Below, in pieces: positions 39,075 through 52,645 of a stretch of DNA of 64,000 nt. The notes below the pieces were generated by a model. It did not search any database and was not told the origin of the DNA. It worked only from the letters and a program-made list of their open reading frames with translations. The stretch comes from Octopus sinensis. Lineage: Eukaryota. The DNA is taken from contig NC_042999.1 in NCBI RefSeq assembly GCF_006345805.1, positions 79,608,001 to 79,672,000 on the forward strand, given 5' to 3'. Within the stretch, counting starts at the first letter, position 1; each line of letters starts with the position of its first letter. Position numbers and translations under genes: made by a program.

Positions 39075-39360
39075 GGAGGCGCAATGGCCCTGTGGTTAGG
39101 GCAGCGGACACGCGGTCGTAAGAACGCGGTTTCGATTCCCAGACCGGGCATTGTGAGTGTTTATTGAGCAAAAACACCTAAGCTCCTCGAGGCTCCGTCG
39201 GGGTGGGGTGAACCCCGCTGTACTCTTTTACCACAATTTTCTCTCACCCTTTCTCCCTACTTCTGCTACAAAGCAGAGGAACTATGGTGTGGTAAACTTT
39301 CAGACCCTAGTCAAGATTGCGAATCCTGTGTACCAGAGGATGGTTCACCTCTCCACCCGT
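39075..39360 (+). mobile_element. tRNA-derived SINE family E, partial
   Basis: gaggcgcaatggccctgtggttagg...ggtttcgattccc...ttgagcaaaaacacc. Confidence 0.8.
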
Positions 39361-40243
39361 TAAAAATCAGTGTTTACGAAATGATGATAACAACGTAGCT
39401 TTCGCGCCCGTGCAACCGCCAGTCTATCGCGTGTGGTGGGTGGATCTTCAAGTTGCCACATGCATTCTTAGTAGCTTAGAGTAGGCTCGAATTAGAGATC
39501 ATTCTTTGTGGCTAATGGCGTGAGTCCTGATTGGAAGAAGAAGAAGAAGCCAGTAGCAACAACTACAACAACAAACAACAACAACCGCAACAACAATAAC
39601 AAAAATAGGAACGACAGCAGCAACCTTCCACCGAGTTGTACTTTGAAATGCTCCAAATCAGTCGACCTCCAAGTAATAAAACAAACTACTACTACTACTA
39701 CTACTACTACTACAGACTACTTACGCAGTTGTTAAAAATAAAGTGTATGCTTGTGTATATGTATGTGTGTATGCATGTGTGCTGCGTGTGTATGTTTGTG
39801 TGTATCTGACTAACGTAAGTGCGATGTTTTTTAATGCCCCGAAAAAGACGACACCGACCATCTAATTGTCTTTTAATTATTATTTGATAGTTTGGTAAGA
39901 ATTGCCACCGAAACTGAATAGACCGAAAAATAAAATAGTTCATCGTTGTGTAGGAAGATAAATTAGCAAGAATTGATGACTTCTCCCTTCCCCAATTTCA
40001 TTAACAATCTCCAACCACCGAAAATGTGACAGAAAAGTATACAAGACAATATATATGTGTATATATATATATATGCGCAAATACATTTGAATACGTATAT
40101 ATACACACACATATATGCATGTAGGTAAATATACGTCTCTCCCCCTCTCTCTCTCTATATATATATATATATGTGTGTGTGTATATTATATATGTGTGTG
40201 TGTATATTATATGTGTGTGTGTGTGTATATATATATGTGTATA

Positions 40244-40283
<40 letters not shown>

Positions 40284-40310
40284 GTGTGTGTGTGTGTGTG
40301 TGTATATATA

Positions 40311-40342
<32 letters not shown>

Positions 40343-40719
40343 GGGAAGCACTCCGTCGGTTACGACGACGAGGGTTCCGGTTGATCCGATCAACGGAACA
40401 GCCTGCTCGTGAAATTAACGTGTAAGTGGCTGAGCACTCCACAGACACGTGTACCCTTAACGTAGTTCTCGGGGATATTCAGCGTTACACAGAGAGTGAC
40501 AAGGCCGGCCCTCTGAAATACAGGCACAACAGAAACAGGAAATAAGAGAAAGTTATGGTGAAAGAGTACAGCAGGGATCACCACCATCCCCTGCCGGAGC
40601 CTCGTGGAGCTTTTAGGTGTTTTCGCTCAATAAACACTCACAACGCCCGGTCTGGGAATCGAAACCGCGATCCTATGACCGCGAGTCCGCTGCCCTAACC
40701 ACTGGGCCATTGCGCCTCC
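40343..40719 (-). mobile_element. tRNA-derived SINE family E, full length
   Basis: Head is the reverse complement of 39075. The 3' end is cgtcgtcgtaaccgacggagtg. Confidence 0.85.
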
Positions 40720-41749
40720 ACACATATATATATATATATATGTGTGTGTGTATATATATATATGTGTGTGTGTATATATATATGTGTGTGTGCGCGCGTG
40801 CATGTATGTGTATGTATGAACGTAAGCATATACTTATCTATGCATATATGATGCAAATAGGAAGACACAGAGAATGGGTGGGGGTAAAAGAGAGTTGAGA
40901 GCACAATAATGGACAAACAGGCTTCGAAATAGAAAGAAAAAAAAACGGCAAAAAAACTATAAATGTAACTATAAAAAAAACAGGTTAAAGCTGAAGCGAA
41001 AGGTCAAAGAGATACTGCTGTTGTTTTTAAGCTCCAATTAAGTTTATGTATGACCAAGGATATTGCTGCGTAGACCATACCGTTATTTACAGTATGCAGG
41101 CTATGCTATGAAATTTCACTGCTATTCCTAGCAGTTTAAGCTACCAGCAGCCACTCAGAATCTCCTTCGTTCGCTCGTCGAAGAGGCTTGCCTAGAAATA
41201 ATTTGATTTTTAAGATGGAAACAATTTTCGTTGGTACACGGCAGCAGAATATAAAGGCGATATGTATAGATTGCGCTTATGTTCTTGTACATTTCTAAGT
41301 TTCGAGGAAGACCATCAGTGACCCACTGCCCATGTTAAAATTCCAGCAATTGCCGTGAATGAGGTCATTGCACACGTGGTCAACCCCACTCGGTTTGGCG
41401 CCCACGGTTTCTATGGTCTCTGCGGCGCCCAAGTACTCGACCGGGCATCGGAAAGTCGCCTACCTGGCGATTACATAACAGAAAATTTTAGGTTCAAGAA
41501 GGCTTGCACAGCAGCTCACACACGCTCTCCCTTCTACTGACAGGTTCTACAGACAAACAAGGGCAAGGTATTCAGTTCCAATACGTGTCGCATGTTTTAG
41601 GACTTGGGAGCACCATGATCTCAAGGGCAAGCAAAAGATCCCTAAAATTTCAATGCCACTCCCTGAATATTTGGTTTTATAACAGAGTAATCTTCTCATA
41701 GTGATATGCTTTAAGAAACACGCGCACTCACACGCACGCACACATACAT

Positions 41750-41905
41750 ACGATGGGCTTCTTTCAGTTTCCATCTATCAAATGCAGTCACAAGGCCCTA
41801 GTCGGTCCGAGGGTATAGTTGAAAACACTTTCCCACGGTGCTAGTCAGTGAAACTGAGTCTAGAACCTTGTAGCTGTGAAGCAAGCTCCATTCCACACAT
41901 CCAGT
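41750..41905 (-). mobile_element. SINE family A, diverged 5' half
   Basis: Reverse-complement match. Confidence 0.65.
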
Positions 41906-42365
41906 CTATATATATATATATATATATCGTTGTGTTCCGCGTTCGTTTCACTTTCGTTAAATTTACTTTAACTTATAATTTATGCATTCATTCATATTTG
42001 ATATATAATTTTGTAAAATTATATTATTTTTTTTGCGTAAAAATTAATTAATCACCATGAGCAACAATAACACCATTATCTCCCCCCCCCAAAAAAAAAG
42101 AAGCTTGATACTGATAATCATTACAGAAGAAGTGTATGAGAAACATTGAGAACCAAGCTCAATGCCATAACTTAGTTTGTAGATATAGAACCCATTAGCT
42201 GTATCTATAGTAAATTAGTATAAATACAGTATGATATAAATACAGTATATAAATGCAGTATAAATACGGTATAGTTATATGGAGAGAAATTTAAATACAG
42301 CTTACTGCATTCGGAACCCAGGCTCTAACACTGATCTAGGTACGGTATATGCACACACACACACA

Positions 42366-43180
42366 TTAGGTTGTCCGGAAAGTTTTAAGCGTTTTAATGC
42401 TAAGTCTTTTAACGCTTCATTGAACATACCTGAAACGTAACACAGTTGACCCTTTGGCGCTGCCTGAAGGGGTAGTGCATCTCCGCTTTGTTCTTGACAA
42501 AAGAAAGAAAAATATCTTTCATTCCGGTTACCTTTATTGATTTTTGAAATGGATTACCATAAATTTCATATTCGTGTTGTAATGCTTTTCTTTTTTGAAA
42601 AAGAAGAAAATGCTGCAAAGATTTTCAAAAACATTTGTGAAGTTTATGGTGATGGTGCTGTAGGTGAATCAACTGTCTGAAGGTGGTTTGCAAAATTGAA
42701 AGCTAGAGAGTTTAGTTTGGAAGATAACAGCCGCAGTGGAAGACCTTCGAAATTGGACGAAGCTGTTTAAAGGCAAAAATAGAAGAAAGCTCAAATATCA
42801 TGACTAGAGAACTTACAGAGGAGTTGGGAATTTTTAAAAGTACAGCTCATGAACACCTAGTGAAGCTAGGATACATTTCTCGCTATAATGTTTGGGTCCC
42901 TCACAAACTCTCAGAAAAGGATTGCTTGGACCGGTGTTCCGTTTGTGATATGCTTTTGAAATAGAATGAAATATCGTCGTTTTTGAAACAACATGTGACT
43001 AGAAATGAAAAAATGGATTGTGGACGAAAACATAGCACAATAAAGATTCTGGTGTTTGTGTAAGGACCCCCTCCCCCCAAAAAAACAGCAACCAAAGAAT
43101 ACTCATGCCAAGAAAGCTATGCTTTGTGTTTGGTGAGATCATAAAGGCCTTATTTATTATGAACTTCTCCCCCAAAACCA
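42366..43180 (+). mobile_element. Mariner relic, 5' TIR and N-terminal transposase
   Basis: ttaggttgtccggaaag; ICEVYGDGAV, RWFAK, EDNSRSGRP, VWVPHKL; stops and frameshifts. Confidence 0.9.
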
Positions 43181-44334
43181 GACCAATCTTCTAACAATTA
43201 AAACTCAATATTCCAAGAAACTGTAAAATAATGGAGCATGATATATAGCTTCCATTTCTGTTACAAAACAAAACATAAAAATAAAATGAAAATTCTTTAT
43301 CTCTAAATAGCTGTCAGACTTCTAAATATAGCAACAAATTCTCCCTGAAATTACGCTCTGCATTCTTATATAAGTAAAAGACATGTTAAAGAATATAGTC
43401 TTCGGCATATTCCTAATTAGACGGAATGATCGAGGTTGGAAAGTCTCTGATCATAAATCTGCTTAATCAAGGTTCGCCTTGAAGGAAACCTGTTAGAGTA
43501 GTCTTCATCTCGGATGAAATTGCCTTCACCACATTATATCAGGAACTTTTTTTTCTTGCATTGGCAATGGCCCGATTTATTCCTGGAACTAAACTTACTT
43601 GATGATAATAACAATAGTTACTTCTAAAATAAGCACAAGTGGATATTGCAGATATTGGTTAGTCGAGTATGTCGACACGATTATTTGAATGATTCAGTAT
43701 ATCAACCATAGGAGGCAGGAAAATCAAGGTTAACCTCTGTTACATTTGAACTCAGAACGCAAGGATCATTTGCAAATGCCGTAGGACATTTTTTCTGGCG
43801 GTCTACCTGTTATATTCTACTGTCCTGGTGATAATAATTATCTTCTAACCCATGTAAAATTCTGAAACTAGTGGAGGGACAATTACATCAACCCTGCTGT
43901 AATTTATCAAGATTGCTTCAGAATGACGAAGGAAAAAATTGACTTCTACGGGATTGGAACTCAGAGCGTGTAGAGTAAGGGAAAAATACCGACGTTTAAA
44001 CGAATCTGCCAGTCCACCGACTTTCTATCTAAAATTGGGAAAACCCTAACTTTGTGGGAAATGATTAGTTCTTTATATTAATGCTATTACTTGACTGGTA
44101 CTTCGTGTTACTAACTTCGCAAGGTGTATTGAAACACAGCCCAAAATGCCAGCTTCCATAAAATACAAGGGTTAAAATCGCTATATATTAAGTTGTTTAT
44201 AGAACAATGAACACATAGAGTGAAACATACAGACGAACAACCTCTGCTACAAAAGAAGCAATTTTCTAAACTAAAAGCTCCATAACTTCGACTAATATTC
44301 ACCACCTTCTAAATAAAAATAGGAAGTACTCTAC

Positions 44335-44738
44335 TTTTTTACTCTTTTACTTGTTTCAGTAAATTGACTGTGGCCATGCTGGAGAACCGCCTTTAGTTGA
44401 GCAAGTCGACCCCAGCACATATTCTTTGTAAGCCTAGTACTTATTCTATCGGTCTCTTTTGTCGAACCGCTAAATTACGGGGACGTAAACACACCAGTAT
44501 CGGTTGTCGAGCGATGTGGAGGGGACAAGCACAGACATACAAACATACACCCGCCCCCACACACATATACATATATACCACGGGCTTCTTTCAGTTTCCT
44601 TCTACCAAATCCACGCAATGCTTTGGTCGGCACGAGGCTATAGTAGAAGACACTTACCCAAGGTGCCACGCAGTGGGACTGAACCCGGAACCATGTGGTT
44701 GGTAAGCAAGCTACTTACCACACAGTCACTCCCACGCC
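44335..44738 (-). mobile_element. SINE family A
   Basis: Full reverse-complement match. Confidence 0.88.
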
Positions 44739-44769
44739 TCTAAATAACAAAAGCAACAAGTAAAGAAAC

Positions 44770-45230
44770 TGACCAGGTAAAACATCTAAGATTATTTTGT
44801 GAATCCCTAAAAAAATTCCATTACCAAAATGTTGACACACCCAGTTATAAAGTTTTTAAATACCGAACTTTGTACCCTTAATCTTTACTTGGATTACTAA
44901 GGATTAAATCCAATAAGACCAAAAATAACTACTCTATTAACATATCCTGTGCTTAGCTGATAAATGTGCACACACCTAAACATATACATTTGCTTACAAA
45001 GCTCTACATACTTGAATAGATTCTAAATAATAACATAACTCCAAATTTGATCAATTTAGAATTCTTCAAAATAACTATCCATAAAAACCCACCTTAAAGC
45101 AATATTACCACTCCATTCAAACCCACACATTCAAGGAAGACTTTAACCCAACAAAGAATATAAAAATCTAGATTAACTCTAATGCATCACAGTCTGAAGG
45201 TGGCTTAAATGGCCGAAACTTGGAAGACAT
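44770..45230 (+). mobile_element. Probable Penelope-like 3' remnant ending in a degenerate hammerhead
   Basis: KFLNT...GLN-like end of a GIY-YIG domain (~44855-44915); CTGAAGG-t-ggct(taaat)ggcc-GAAAC at 45194-45219. Confidence 0.45.
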
Positions 45231-45680
45231 GCGCGCGCACGCACACACACTCATGCACAAATATAATTATACCGTAACATAATGAACAGAACATTTCATG
45301 GCAAGTTAACCACCACTGGTTGCACTCTAGCAGATGAAAAAAATCTTAGCATTTTCATTAAACTTCAAATATTTCTTATTAAAAAGTGGTAATAACAAAA
45401 GAACGAAAGAATTATTATTTTCAAATCAAGAAATTATTTTTAATATTATTTTATACATTTACATGATGGTGTCAATAAATAATCAACGATTTCATGAAGG
45501 GGGTCATTGATATAAGAAGTTTGCCAACTCTTGAACTTGAAGCATTCTTCAACGTATGACGTGATAAACTTGTCAGTAGTCCACATCTTGCTTATGTTGT
45601 GGTCTTATTACATCATTTCATATTTTCGTTTTAAGCATCAATGTACAATTTTTTCAGTGAACTGTTTCAGTTATTTGTCT

Positions 45681-46030
45681 CTAACCCTGCGCGCGTAAGC
45701 GAATCAGGTTTATTGTAGTCACTCGTCTTTGTCTGTCTGTCTGTGTGCTTGTAAAATTTCTGGAAAACGGCTTAACAGATTTTCACCAAATTTGTTAGAA
45801 ATACTCATTGGATGAGTGGCTCGAACTCATTAAATTTCAGCTTGATTATCAGCAACACTAGCAGACGGGTGAATCAAAATGTTTTTTCTTCTTTGTTAAA
45901 TACGCATAAACGATAAGCAGAGGAAATAACTCTTGGTGTCATTTTGGTGAGAATATATTTATTAAATTAAATTCTATTTTATCCTTGTGTGCGAGCAGGA
46001 TATGCATCACCCCTCCGCTGACATTTTTTT
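45681..46030 (+). mobile_element. DINE-1/HINE-like element
   Basis: taaccctgcgcgcgtaagcgaatcagg short inverted repeat, (gtct)n, acagattttcaccaaatttg. Confidence 0.55.
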
Positions 46031-46426
46031 AATATTTATTATGTTACTCTCAATTTTGGCAATGTTTCTTAAAAAGAAGTTAGTGACAGTTTTTATCCAT
46101 TTCTCTCTCAGCTGCATAGTCTCTTGCCTGTCCTACTAAAGTTTTTACTTCCATGTATGCAAACTTTAGAAACAATTGTTTTGTTCTTTCCATTGCTGAA
46201 GATATCCCAGTTTTACATTTAGGGCACAGCCATAGCCCAACGTGTTTATTCGTATTGTCATTTCTTGTGAAACTATACAATTTCTGTGGTGGTAAAAATT
46301 AATTTCACCAAGTTCTTGCAATGACTAGTTCGGAAAGCGAGACAAACAAAAATTGTAATATTAGTGCGCATTTATACCTGTTGCTTACTTCTATATTTGA
46401 GGGCATGTCTCACATATTTTAGTTAT

Positions 46427-46520
<94 letters not shown>

Positions 46521-46869
46521 TGTGTGTGTGTGTATGTGTGCGTGGGTGTGAGGGTGTGCGCGCGTGAGTGTGTATGTGTGATTGTGTGAGAGTACGTGTG
46601 TGTGTGTGTGTGTGTGTACACAAGTATACGATATATATACATAAGCATATGTGTGTATATTCTGTCTCTTTCTATACAAAGAAATTATGTAATGATATAC
46701 ATACACACACAGAGGCACAGACACACACACACACAGACACACACATACATATATATTATTTTGTTTTAAAGACAATGAAAGACTGTTCAGTTTTAGGTTT
46801 TCTTGGCAGAACACAATTATGTATCGTCTTACTACCATAAATGCACGTTTGGACTTACCAAAATTCATT

Positions 46870-47110
46870 TCAGTGTTACTGGAATACTGAGTAATGTTGT
46901 CTAATTGATTTTTGATATGGTTAATACCTGGTATGCTAATTCTGGGTACGATTTGTCATGTTTTGGCAGCAGGTATGATAATGGGTTTAACGAAAGAACA
47001 ATGAGCAGTACTGATAAACTATTGCCCTGCAGGATGTCTTTTTTGGTAATGTATGAAGTTAGATTTAATTGTTCATTTCTCGACACACAAAAGAAAGATT
47101 TTGTGGCATT
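46870..47110 (-). mobile_element. R4/Dong-like LINE RT fragment
   Basis: ITKKDILQGNSLSVLLIVLSLNPLSYLL matches the RT motif GIxQGDSLSPLLFxLALNPLS. Confidence 0.55.
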
Positions 47111-48519
47111 TCATGGGCGCCGAATAGCAATTACTAATAATTCTGAGACTGACTATTTGTAAAACTTTGATAATCCACCTATCTGATGTACTATCCGAGT
47201 CAAGATAGCGAGGAGACTTTACATGGTGGTATGGGATCGTTCGAAGAACAAGAAATTGCAGTTAGATATACCTGAAATACTACTTTATCTTCTAAAACAT
47301 AATTAAATCTTCAGAACATACTGATACTGAAAATACACTAGCAGAAAAGAAAGCGGGATGACCATGAAAACAATTTCAGTCAACGGATAATTTTTCGACA
47401 CAAGACAAAATATCTCTTAGCGTATGTGAACGCCATTGGGGAATGACAGAAGCTACCAGATTAGCGAATTCTGACACCAATATAAAGCTGCCTTACGAAG
47501 TGTAGAATTCGCACCTTTCACTGAGTGATACGCAAATATATGCAGCCGCTCTTCAGATACTTGTCCTTACACTCTGAGGATTTCAGTCATGTTCAGAGGA
47601 AGATCCGAACCCTTGATTTATCAAGGCTGTCCAATAATCTGCTCTCACTGATTAGGGTGGATCTAGAGGGCATTGCTCGAAAAAATAGCCAATATCTTCT
47701 ACTGCAGAACAAGTGGACGAAAAGCTGAAATGGCGAAAGACGTCAATACCAGACCGACTGGACATGAAAGCACAGCTAAGATAATACTTGGAATGTTGGT
47801 AATCTGTTTCAGTTTCAGATCCTGCATGTCACATTTCACGTTTCCCATTGGATGTCTTCGAAACCACAGAACATAAGACACTTCCTGGCTATTCGGGATT
47901 CAGACTAATAAAAATGTTACTGCAATAAACAGATGTGCATATGCACGCGCACGTATGTATCATCACAAACAACAAGAAAATCTGACCAGCAAGCTATCTG
48001 ACAAGTATTCAACACCAAGATCGTGTCCAGAAGCAACACGTTTAGAATCTGAAATATCTGAAATAGAATACTACATAGATCTTTAGTCTTACGACTTCCA
48101 CTCACCATTTACCTAGAGAACGTTTTGCACGATTCCAAAACATACAAGCAGTGTAATATGCAGACGACATCGCACATACATACATCCTTCCACCATTCCA
48201 CAGACGCTATCATAATGCCTATTTAAACCACCGAGAAACTCGACTCTACCACAACCGACGTAATGTTGCACCTACCAAATATATTGCCTCCCGCGTTACC
48301 AAATATCAGAGAATATCAAATACAACAATAGCATAATCACTCAACAGTACAAATGTACCTCCCCTACACTTACGTAGACAAAGAGAAGAGGAGTTAGAGA
48401 TAGAAAGAGAGAGAGAGAGAGAGAGGGGGGGAGAAGGAATCAAAATATGTGGAGTTACGATGACTTTGCAATATTACAACATACAGAGAACACACAAAGA
48501 AAAACCCCAAACGAGGCCC

Positions 48520-49050
48520 AAATATATTTTAAGCAATCAAAAACGTCCACCATACCAGCCATTGCAATACTTATTACGAAAGTCTTCGTGTACATAATGA
48601 ATAGACTATAAAATGTGTTGTATATCCAGGAAGTTATGCTCCGTCTATATAATTCATCACCGCTCGGAATATGCAGTATAATCTTTATGTGAAGGTATGT
48701 CATAGCTAGGAAGGAGGATTCGTGGGTTAAGTTTATCGTTTGACCAACTACGTGTCTGCCATCGAGCAGACTGAACAACAACGACAATAATTATTGCTGT
48801 AAACAACTCCATAAGTTCATCTTTTATACCAGACTGTTGATCCTTTAATTTCGAGGCCCATAATTCTCTTAGAAGAACCCTGTGTTTGTCTCGTATATGG
48901 TGTTCTAAGATGGTAAGCAATGATTTTTAGACCGGGTTGTTGGATTAATTTTAGTAGCAAATGTGGCAGTAATTTAGTAAATATTAAGCCTGTCATACTG
49001 CCAATTGCTCTATTTTGTTCTAATTGGGTAACTTTTACAGTAATTGTACT
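48520..49050 (-). mobile_element. Possible highly degraded Penelope GIY-YIG fragment
   Basis: GVVYS..YC followed after a frameshift by VVGQT. Weak. Confidence 0.3.
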
Positions 49051-50264
49051 GTTACTGTGAAGTTAACCGGACTGATTCAGAGTATTTAACGAACTGTTTA
49101 TTTACTTATTTCTCATTTAAATTACAACCATTTTTAGTATCTTGTCTTCCAGATATGGCAATAAGTTTTTCTTTTAGCTGAGGTAGTAAATAATTTAACG
49201 TTTTAAATTTCTTCTTCTTAAAAATTGTTTGTAATTTTTACCGAATTTATTCCTGGCTTTCAGTGAAGACGTTACATCGTATAGTTATTAGAATATAGAA
49301 AATTATTTTCCCAAACAGTAATATTTTATTTTTCAATATACGGTTCAACAGCGGCTAAAGATATCTACATGCAAACTGTTTATGTATATCTCTTTCTTAT
49401 GCATTAGTTATGTGGTTAATAGGACACATATATCAGAAGTTTTATATCATGTTATTGCTATATCATTTAAACAGTAAAATATATAGTTGAGAGTGTATAA
49501 AAATATAAAGTTTATGAGGTTTATACTGAGATTTTATATATATTCTTTACTCAATTTATGTCTATAGAAATGGTTTGAGCAACAGACGTGTTCTAAGCCA
49601 TGATGGTTCTACTTTATGCTAAAATTAAAACTTAGTAAATTTTAAATGAGACTGAACTGTCGACAGATTTGAATTGTAGTTAAATTCAAGGTTATTCGAA
49701 ACATACATTTCGCTTTTAAATCTACTTTAGTCAAGGAATTGTGAGACAACATAGTTTAGTTGTGTAAAACACATGTGACGATTCATCCAAATTGACTACC
49801 GTTCTTTTGGTCATTTTACTTGAATGTACGTAAAATAAACAATATGTAATGCTTAGATATTTGTGTCGTAACCCATATAGAATTAACAGCATTCTTAAGC
49901 TCAATTTTTCAAAAAATCCACTGCTACCTCCTTACAGTGTTAGTAAATATACATAAAACACGATTACAAGAGCCTTGCCTTGTAGTTTTAAATATATCTA
50001 TATACACACCGGATCATATATACACATACACGTAAATACGGGCACACACATGCAGACACCCCACCACACGTACGCGAGTAAATGAACAAATGTCCGAAAG
50101 TATCGCTTAACGTATTTGTCTGGTGTTAAATGCATTGGGTAACAGTCTGATTCAGCTTCACATTACGTGAAATTTGGTGAGCACATAGTGTGTGCGTGTA
50201 TACTTGTATATGTGTCTGTATGAATATGTATTCGTTCGTGTGGGTGTATGTGTGTGCGTGTGTA

Positions 50265-50535
50265 TGAAGGCGCAAGGCTTAGTGGTTTGAGCGTTGCACT
50301 CAAGATCTAGCGACCGTGATTTCAAATCCCTATATCAGGTGGTACTTTAAGTTCTTGAACAAAACACTTCATCTCATGTATTTTTCTTTCGCTGCGATCA
50401 CTGGAAACGTGCCACATGGTACACCGTACATCTGTTCAGGTAACCTCAATTTGATGGAGAGAGTGAGCTAGTGTGCGGCACGAACTTTTGACTAGTAAAC
50501 AAATCATTTGTGCATGTTGACCGGCAAAATCTGAA
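50265..50535 (+). mobile_element. Diverged tRNA-derived SINE with a family E-like head
   Basis: gaaggcgcaaggcttagtggtttgagcg...ttgaacaaaacacttc. Confidence 0.6.
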
Positions 50536-50635
50536 CGCACATACATAGTCTTCGACGGGAGAGTCCATTCTACAAACACATCCACACACACACACATATA
50601 TATATATATGCACACACACACACACATATATATGT

Positions 50636-50692
<57 letters not shown>

Positions 50693-50850
50693 TACGCACT
50701 TATAATATCGTCTCTTTAATTATGAAAAAAGGCACCTAGAGTATCCTAGTCTACGAAATTAAACGTTAATTCAAATGTCACATAGAGATAAGCATGATAA
50801 TTATAGGATATGAACTTAGTGACAGGAGTTTCGTACAAGGATCACATAGT

Positions 50851-51367
50851 ATATCTATATATATAAAACTGTAGTTGTGTGAGTGTCTGTCCCCTTCGAT
50901 TTAGATTCCTAACTACTCCCACATTTTGCGGTGCAGTTTAACCAAATTCGGGTATCTTATAGTCGTGATACATATCTAGCCCGTCTGAGTATTAGCGCGC
51001 GTCTACAATGGATCTACAATTTTAAAAATAATTTAACATAATTTTTTATTCCATTTTAATGCATAATTTTTCGTGTGTCGATGGTGGCGGAGTTGGCGTC
51101 CACGCTCACAGCTGCACCTGTTTGCTTTTCCTCCTTCTTCCCTCCCTCGTGAAGCTGTGGGGAAGGGAGTGTAAAGAAATCAACGTCGTAAAGCGTTGTC
51201 AAGGAGACCAGCGTTCTTTTAGAACAACGACTTCATGGCTTGAAAACACCAAAACAGAAATGGTTAAGAAAGCCCGAATTGGCATCTATAAGGGAAGTAA
51301 CTCTCTAAAAATGCTTATATAGTTATTTCCCTTACAAACCCGAGCAACGCCGGGCGATACTTCTAGT
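50851..51367 (-). mobile_element. HINE-like element sharing the 5' ~65 bp with 1418/38514 but a different interior
   Basis: Reverse complement begins actagaagtatcgcccggcgttgctcgggtttgtaagggaaataac and ends acagacactcacacaactacagttttatatatatagat. Confidence 0.7.
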
Positions 51368-51467
51368 TTATTATAAAAGATGTGTGTATTTTAAAAATAT
51401 AAATGCATGCTTTATTTTATTCTAATGTTCATTAACATTCGCATCACTTCTTAATTTCATACATACG

Positions 51468-51590
51468 CGCAAGTTGCTTCCCAGCCACATGCTTCCGGGT
51501 TCAGTCCTACTGCATCGCACCTACGGCAGGTATCTTCTACTATAGCCTTGTGAATGGATTTGGTAGACGGAAACTGAAAGAAGTCAGTCG

Positions 51591-51629
<39 letters not shown>

Positions 51630-51649
51630 CACACATACACACACAACAC

Positions 51650-51691
<42 letters not shown>

Positions 51692-51721
51692 TATGTATAT
51701 ATATATATATATATACATACA

Positions 51722-51766
<45 letters not shown>

Positions 51767-52015
51767 CACGCTCACACACATACATACATACATGTATGTA
51801 TGTATGTGCATGTATGTCTGTGTTCGTCCGCGCACCCCCGCCTGACAACCTGTGTTGGTGTGTTTACGTCCCTATAACTTTGCGGCTCGGCAAAAGAGAA
51901 TCCGATAGATTAATTACTAGGCTTTAAAATAAGTTCTGGGGTCGGTTTGCTCAACTAAAACTGGCCGCAGTCAGTAAAATGACTGAACCAAAAGAATAAA
52001 ATTATAAAAGAATAC
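51468..52015 (+). mobile_element. SINE family A with a ~220-bp central microsatellite
   Basis: Head at 51468-51590, tail at 51815-52015. Confidence 0.8.
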
Positions 52016-52078
52016 ATAAGTACAAACTTGCATACTTGCAAGAAAATATGTGACTCTGAGCATCTATCTATCTATCTA

Positions 52079-52117
<39 letters not shown>

Positions 52118-52459
52118 ATCTATAATCAAAATACGCGACAGGATAACAAGTAGTGATGCAGTACGACCGTTTCAAGCGGCTCCACTTAATTGAACTATGC
52201 AATCATTACATCAATTTAAATGAAGTGCCATCTTCTGCTGGACAAATAGATAAATGGAATTTTAACTAGTAGGACACATTAATATAAATTTTCTGAAAAT
52301 TATATATATATATGTGTGTATATATGTATATATATATATATATATATAATATATATATTATATATACATATATATATATAATATATATATGTATATATAT
52401 ATATTATATATTATATATAATATATATATATATTATACATATATATATATATATTATAT

Positions 52460-52500
<41 letters not shown>

Positions 52501-52559
52501 TATAATATATATATATATATATATTATACATATAATATATATCATATATATATATTATA

Positions 52560-52590
<31 letters not shown>

Positions 52591-52607
52591 TACATATATA
52601 CATATAT

Positions 52608-52645
<38 letters not shown>

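Noticed and set aside
41295-41325. Hammerhead-like words on the minus strand (ctgatgg...cgaaac); similar at ~52160 and ~59705
   Set aside because: The core is incomplete and no stem I/II could be formed.
47890-48090. Open frame ending ...SEIEYYIDL* as a possible terminal exon
   Set aside because: The acceptor is weak, there is no recognisable domain, and it lies among decayed TE fragments.
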